Source: an uncultured Bacillales bacterium (lineage in GTDB: Bacteria > Bacillota_I > Bacilli_A > RF39 > UBA660). Taken from it: 64,000 nucleotides of DNA. The number at the start of each line of letters is the position of its first letter. Position 1 is the first letter of the stretch. Location of the stretch: NCBI GenBank assembly GCA_946410555.1, contig CAMKAT010000003.1, positions 5,007-69,006 on the forward strand, read 5' to 3'. Below, one piece after another: positions 59,023 through 64,000 of the stretch. A program made the translations under genes and the position numbers. The notes under the pieces are model-generated. The model was not told where the DNA came from. It ran no database searches and was given only the letters and a program-made list of their open reading frames with translations.

Positions 59023-62000
59023 AAAATAACGATAATTGATTTGATTCACTTAAGTTTTGGAATACTCCTAAATCCTTAAGTTTTTCCATTGCACTTGTTG
59101 GACATTTACCTCTATTATGTAAATCTTCTTGAGATATAAATGGCATCTTTTTACGTTCTTCAATAATCTTCATTGCAACGTTTTCACCTAATCCATCAAT
59201 TGCACAGAAAGGAATAATAAGACCTTTACCATCTTCAGTTATAACGAAATCTTTTGCTTCACTCTTTTCAATATCAATATTCTTGAAATAGAATCCTCTA
59301 GCACACATCTCTAAACATAAAAGAAGTGTATCTTTTTTGTCTTTATCTACATCTGATAAGTTTGGAGTTAAATCCATTTCATCTATTTTATCTCTGATTC
59401 CTTTTTCACCTTGGATCATTGATGCTACATCAAATTTATCTCTTCTTATTGAAAGGTATGCACAATAATACCAAATTGGATGATGTACTTTAAACCATGC
59501 AATTCTAAATGCACTTGTTACATATGCTGTGGCATGCGCTTTAGGAAACATGTATTTAATCTTTCTACATGAATCAATATACCATTCAGGAATATTATGT
59601 TCTCTCATGTATTCAGCATGTTCTTTCCATGTTGCTGGATCTTTACTTGCTTTACCTTTACGTACAAATTCCATTATCTTGAAGGCTTTACCTGCAGGCA
59701 ATCCCCAAGCTATTAAGTTAACCATGATATCATCACGACAACCAATTACATTTTTAAATGGTACTTGAATTACTCCTTCTTCATTTGGAGTACATAAATC
59801 TTTAGCATTTCCAAGCCATACATCAGTACCATGAGATAGACCTGAGATTTTTATAAGTTCACCAAATGTTGTTGGTTTAGTATCTTCAAGCATTCCTAAT
59901 GTAAATGGTGTACCAAACTCTGGGATACCTAGAGTTCCAGTTGGACAATATTTAACTCCATCTTTAATAAGACCCCTTAGTTTAGTTGGTTCTAAATCAA
60001 TTGGATTTCCATCTGCTGTATATTTTCCAAGTATCTTAGGGCTTGTGAAAATAGACATTGTATCTAAGTCTCCTAAGTCGATATCATTTACATCTATTCC
60101 AGATAACTCACCTAGTTTTCTTAATACTGTTGGGTCATCGTGACCTAGTATATCAAGTTTAAGAAGGTCTGCTTCAATCTTATGATAATCGAAGTGTGTT
60201 GTTCTCCATTCAGCAGTAGGATCATCTGCTGGATATTGGAATGGTGTGAAATCCCAAACATCTTTATAACCCGGAACTACTACGATACCACCTGGGTGTT
60301 GCCCTGTAGTTCTTTTAACTCCAGTACATCCAATTGCTTGTCTTTCAACTTCAACATCTCTAATATCACATTTAATTAATTTTTTCTTCTTTAAGTCATC
60401 TTTAGAAGCAACTTTTATACCATACATCTTAGCTTCTTGAACTAAATCATTATATTCTTGATCTTCATAGAATCCTTGAACATAACCAAATGCTGTTTTA
60501 TCTGCAACTGTACCAATAGTACCTGCTCTATAAACATTATCAGTACCAAATAATACTTTAGTATAAGCATGTGCTGATGCTTGGTTTAATCCTGAAAAGT
60601 TAAGGTCGATATCTGGTACCTTTTCTCCAGCAAATCCTAGGAATGTTGCAAATGGCATGTCATTTCCTTGGTGAATCATAAGTGTTCCACATTCAGGACA
60701 ATTTTTGTTTGGTAAGTCATATCCACTTGCATATTTTTCAGCATAAGCATGTCCTTCTGAATCAACAAATTCATTATGACAACACTTAGGGCAATAATAA
60801 TGTGCAGGTAATCCATTACATTCAGTAATACCCATCATTGATGCTACAAACGATGAACCTACGGAACCACGGGAACCTACTAAGAATCCATCATCATTTG
60901 AGTGTTTAACTAGCTTTTGAGCAATAAGATAAATAACGTCGAAACCTCCACCAATAATTCCTGTAAGTTTTAGTTTGGCTTTTTCTATTGCTTCTTCTTC
61001 ACTTAATTCTGGTTCTTCTTTTTTGATTTCTTCAGTTTTAAGTTTAACTACTCCATCATATCCTGACATAATTACATCATGAAGATAACTTGAGAACATA
61101 TTATCTCTTTCTTCTTCAGACATATTTGGATATTCTTCTTCCATATGAGCTTTAACTAAATCAGTTATTTTATCTCCATAGAATTCTTGAGCAATACGCT
61201 CTTCGATATTTCTTGGAAGTGGATCTCCATACATTGAATGAGCTTTATTAAATACTAAATCTCTACATATTTCTTGTGAATGTTCAATGATTGGAGAATA
61301 AGGTTTTTCTGGATAATCTATAACTTCAATTTCTTCAAGTTCAGAGATTATCTTATTAGGGTTTTCTATAACCATTTCATGTATTAACTTATCATCTTTT
61401 AAGAATGCAAATGCATCTAACATTTCTTTAGTAGTTCTAAAGAATTGATTTGGAATTGATCCATGTTGTGTAACACCAGTATTACTAAACTTAGCTAGTA
61501 ATTTAAATGTTCCAGTTGATGGATCTATAGTAATAATATTTGCTATTTGAAGTTTTCTTAGAGACTTCTCAATAGCGCTTTTCTTATCATCTTCATTTTT
61601 TATTTGTTCTAGTTCATCGCTAGATTTTAACTCTTTTGGAGTTGAATAAATACTTAGGATATTCATTGCACTAATTGGAATAGATTTAAATCCATTAAGT
61701 ACATAAATGTATTTTAAAATCTTTTTATCAAAATCTGATAAACTTACTCCATTTCTTTCAGCTTTCTTAATAGCTTCTTCAAGATTTGTTTTATTAACTG
61801 GAGTCTTTGGTTTAGACTTTAAGCATCTTGCTAATACATGTCTTCCTTTACCAGGTACATTTTGATTAACAATTATCTCTCTTGATAAAACGTCTTCTGG
61901 ATTTAAGTTATGTACATCACCAGATGCAATTAACATCTTACCTGTTTCTTTAGCACACTTAATAATCTTTTTAACAAGTTTTACTAAATGATCCATATTA

Positions 62001-64000
62001 TTAATATCATGTGAATCAATTAAATATTTATAATTATCAAGTGGTTGAACTTCTATATAATCATAGAATTCCATAGCGCGCTTTAACTCTTCTTCTCCAC
62101 GAGTAAGTGCAATATTAAATATTTCACCATTAAGACAAGCAGAACCTACAAAACAATTTTCTCTTAATTCATTAACTAGTCTTCTTGGAATTCTTGCATT
62201 TCTACTTAAAAAATTAGTATTAGCAAAACTAATAATCTTAAATAGATTTTTAAGACCAGCATGATTCTTAGCAATTATAGTTATATGTTTAACTGAATCA
62301 TAATCATTAGCTATGTTTTCAGTGAAAGTTTCCGCTGGAATATTTTCATACATTTGAAGGTTATCTTTATGACACCAATCAAACTTCCATGAATATCCTT
62401 CCACTCCATAATCCTCGAAAGGATTTTCTGGATTAGTATCACTATCCATCTTTATCTTAATATAGTTTTTATATGAAACCATATCTTGAATATTCTTCAT
62501 ATATCTTGGATTATTTTTAATAGATATACTTTCTAATAAACCTAAATCATTAAGTTCATTAAGTGTTTTAATGCCATCGATTTGTTTAAGCATACTATTA
62601 AAGATTAATGCAGTATTTTCAGAGTCGACATCTGCACCATGGTGTTGACCAACATAAATAGAATAATCTATTTTGTATTCTTGTAATCCGTTTGTAATAA
62701 CAATTGGAATGTTGTTTTCAGCTGGATTAAGTTTAATCTTTCCAGTTTGAGATACAACGCTAAAGTCATCATTATTAAGGGTTACTTCAAAAGTAATATA
62801 TTCAGTTTTAGAACCAATATATTTCTTGATTAAACTGTATTCTTTTTTATAACCTTTAACTACAGTTTCAGTTGAAACATCTCTGATATCTTTTTCAGTT
62901 GTAGTTATATTTAAAATAGATTCACCATCTAGTTTTACATCTTGGATAATAGCTCCAGCTTCTTCTGGAACATCAAAAGTAGCGTTATCTCCATTATCTT
63001 CATCGTCATCAGCGTCTCCCTCGCCTGTATCAACTCCATAGTTTTTACCTAAGGCAGCAAGTGAATGACGTTTTAAATCTCTATTAATAACTCTAGATAA
63101 ATTTAAAGTATCTATGATTGGATTCTTTAGGGGACCTAAATCATATTTTAGATAAGCCATATCAAGCATATTTTTATCGAATTTAGCATTATGAGCAACT
63201 AATGGAAGATCTTCAATCCATTCTTTAAATCTCTTAGTTACGTTTTCCTCATTATCTGCATCTTTAACATCATCATCACTAATGTTTGTAACTCTAGTGA
63301 TTGCTTCATCAATGTGATGCCCAGGATTAATAAGTTCATCAAAACGATCAACAACTTCACCATGTTTAATCTTAACTCCACCGATTTCAATCATAGAGTC
63401 ACCTAAACCTGGGTTGAAACCTGTTGTTTCAGTATCGAATACTACGAATGTTTGATCTTTAAGAGGTCTTTCATCTGCATTGAAACAAACATTAAGGTAA
63501 GAATCAAACATATCAAGTTCTACACCATAAGCTGCTTTAAATGGTACGTAATTCTTCTTTTCATTACGTAATTCCTCGTTCATTTCTTCAAGTGCTTTTA
63601 TTCCTTCGACATTACCTGACTCTCTTAATTCTTCGATAGTTTTTTCATTTTCTTTTATCTTTTCATCAAATTCTTTTTTCTTTGATTTGTTGTATTTAGT
63701 TACTTTATCAAATACATGTGGGAATGCTTGACAACAATCGTGGTCAGTAATTGCAATACCTTTATGTCCAAATTTAATAGCAGTATCAACTAACTTTTCT
63801 TCATCAATAACTCCATCCATTTGAGACATCATAGTATGTGCATGCATCTCAACACGTTTTTCAGGATAATCATCTTTTCTTGAAACAATCGGAGAATCAA
63901 TACCTTCATAAGTTCTCATATTGAATACTAAGTCATGAGCATATTGATCATCTCTTACTTGTCCTGTGAAATGATACCAATTACCCTTCTTAAGTTCTTT
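59021..64000 (-). CDS. polC: DNA polymerase III PolC-type alpha subunit, 5' end beyond the window
   Basis: EMHAHTMMSQMDG PHP, FVVFDTETTGFNP exonuclease, PGGIVVVPGYKDVWDFTPFQYPADDP, LLKLDILGHDDPT, C-terminal QLSLF clamp-binding-like motif. The frame stays open upstream of the listed start (KELKKGNWYHFTGQVRDDQYAHDLVFNMRTYEG). Confidence 0.97.
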   Translation of the reverse strand, partial: KELKKGNWYHFTGQVRDDQYAHDLVFNMRTYEGIDSPIVSRKDDYPEKRVEMHAHTMMSQMDGVIDEEKLVDTAIKFGHKGIAITDHDCCQAFPHVFDKVTKYNKSKKKEFDEKIKENEKTIEELRESGNVEGIKALEEMNEELRNEKKNYVPFKAAYGVELDMFDSYLNVCFNADERPLKDQTFVVFDTETTGFNPGLGDSMIEIGGVKIKHGEVVDRFDELINPGHHIDEAITRVTNISDDDVKDADNEENVTKRFKEWIEDLPLVAHNAKFDKNMLDMAYLKYDLGPLKNPIIDTLNLSRVINRDLKRHSLAALGKNYGVDTGEGDADDDEDNGDNATFDVPEEAGAIIQDVKLDGESILNITTTEKDIRDVSTETVVKGYKKEYSLIKKYIGSKTEYITFEVTLNNDDFSVVSQTGKIKLNPAENNIPIVITNGLQEYKIDYSIYVGQHHGADVDSENTALIFNSMLKQIDGIKTLNELNDLGLLESISIKNNPRYMKNIQDMVSYKNYIKIKMDSDTNPENPFEDYGVEGYSWKFDWCHKDNLQMYENIPAETFTENIANDYDSVKHITIIAKNHAGLKNLFKIISFANTNFLSRNARIPRRLVNELRENCFVGSACLNGEIFNIALTRGEEELKRAMEFYDYIEVQPLDNYKYLIDSHDINNMDHLVKLVKKIIKCAKETGKMLIASGDVHNLNPEDVLSREIIVNQNVPGKGRHVLARCLKSKPKTPVNKTNLEEAIKKAERNGVSLSDFDKKILKYIYVLNGFKSIPISAMNILSIYSTPKELKSSDELEQIKNEDDKKSAIEKSLRKLQIANIITIDPSTGTFKLLAKFSNTGVTQHGSIPNQFFRTTKEMLDAFAFLKDDKLIHEMVIENPNKIISELEEIEVIDYPEKPYSPIIEHSQEICRDLVFNKAHSMYGDPLPRNIEERIAQEFYGDKITDLVKAHMEEEYPNMSEEERDNMFSSYLHDVIMSGYDGVVKLKTEEIKKEEPELSEEEAIEKAKLKLTGIIGGGFDVIYLIAQKLVKHSNDDGFLVGSRGSVGSSFVASMMGITECNGLPAHYYCPKCCHNEFVDSEGHAYAEKYASGYDLPNKNCPECGTLMIHQGNDMPFATFLGFAGEKVPDIDLNFSGLNQASAHAYTKVLFGTDNVYRAGTIGTVADKTAFGYVQGFYEDQEYNDLVQEAKMYGIKVASKDDLKKKKLIKCDIRDVEVERQAIGCTGVKRTTGQHPGGIVVVPGYKDVWDFTPFQYPADDPTAEWRTTHFDYHKIEADLLKLDILGHDDPTVLRKLGELSGIDVNDIDLGDLDTMSIFTSPKILGKYTADGNPIDLEPTKLRGLIKDGVKYCPTGTLGIPEFGTPFTLGMLEDTKPTTFGELIKISGLSHGTDVWLGNAKDLCTPNEEGVIQVPFKNVIGCRDDIMVNLIAWGLPAGKAFKIMEFVRKGKASKDPATWKEHAEYMREHNIPEWYIDSCRKIKYMFPKAHATAYVTSAFRIAWFKVHHPIWYYCAYLSIRRDKFDVASMIQGEKGIRDKIDEMDLTPNLSDVDKDKKDTLLLCLEMCARGFYFKNIDIEKSEAKDFVITEDGKGLIIPFCAIDGLGENVAMKIIEERKKMPFISQEDLHNRGKCPTSAMEKLKDLGVFQNLSESNQLSLF

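Overview
This 64 kb window comes from a low-GC Gram-positive chromosome. The PolC-type polymerase and the gene content suggest an uncultured gut Bacilli/Mollicutes-like lineage, but that placement is inference. Almost every gene is on the minus strand; the one convincing plus-strand gene is at 46184..47503. The right end holds housekeeping genes: polC, ruvA, ruvB, queA, tgt, rplS and a signal peptidase I gene. The rest is dominated by surface and glycan functions. The most striking block is a four-gene operon at 22656..35404. It has its own extended -10 promoter and a closing terminator. It encodes three ~1300-aa paralogs (signal sequence, parallel beta-helix, BspA-like leucine-rich repeats, SGNH/GDSL hydrolase, dockerin-like C-terminus). 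It also encodes a 333-aa membrane-anchored protein (N-terminal beta-rich domain, Thr/Pro linker, cadherin-like beta-sandwich, C-terminal TM) that could be the cell-surface receptor or scaffold: a candidate minimal cellulosome-like system. Other points of interest: two membrane-anchored GH5-like enzymes with a large domain inserted in the TIM barrel, flanking three Tim44-like/zinc-ribbon genes; a membrane-anchored beta-helix protein with a phage-tailspike-like module; a G8 tract inside a possible promoter spacer (possible phase variation); large insertions in PolC; a gene interrupted by an in-frame TAG; several small membrane proteins/peptides missed by the 60-aa ORF track; and a recurrent TATGATATAAT extended -10 motif. 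No CRISPR array, rRNA, tRNA or transposase was recognised. All family calls come from reading the sequence; no database search was run.
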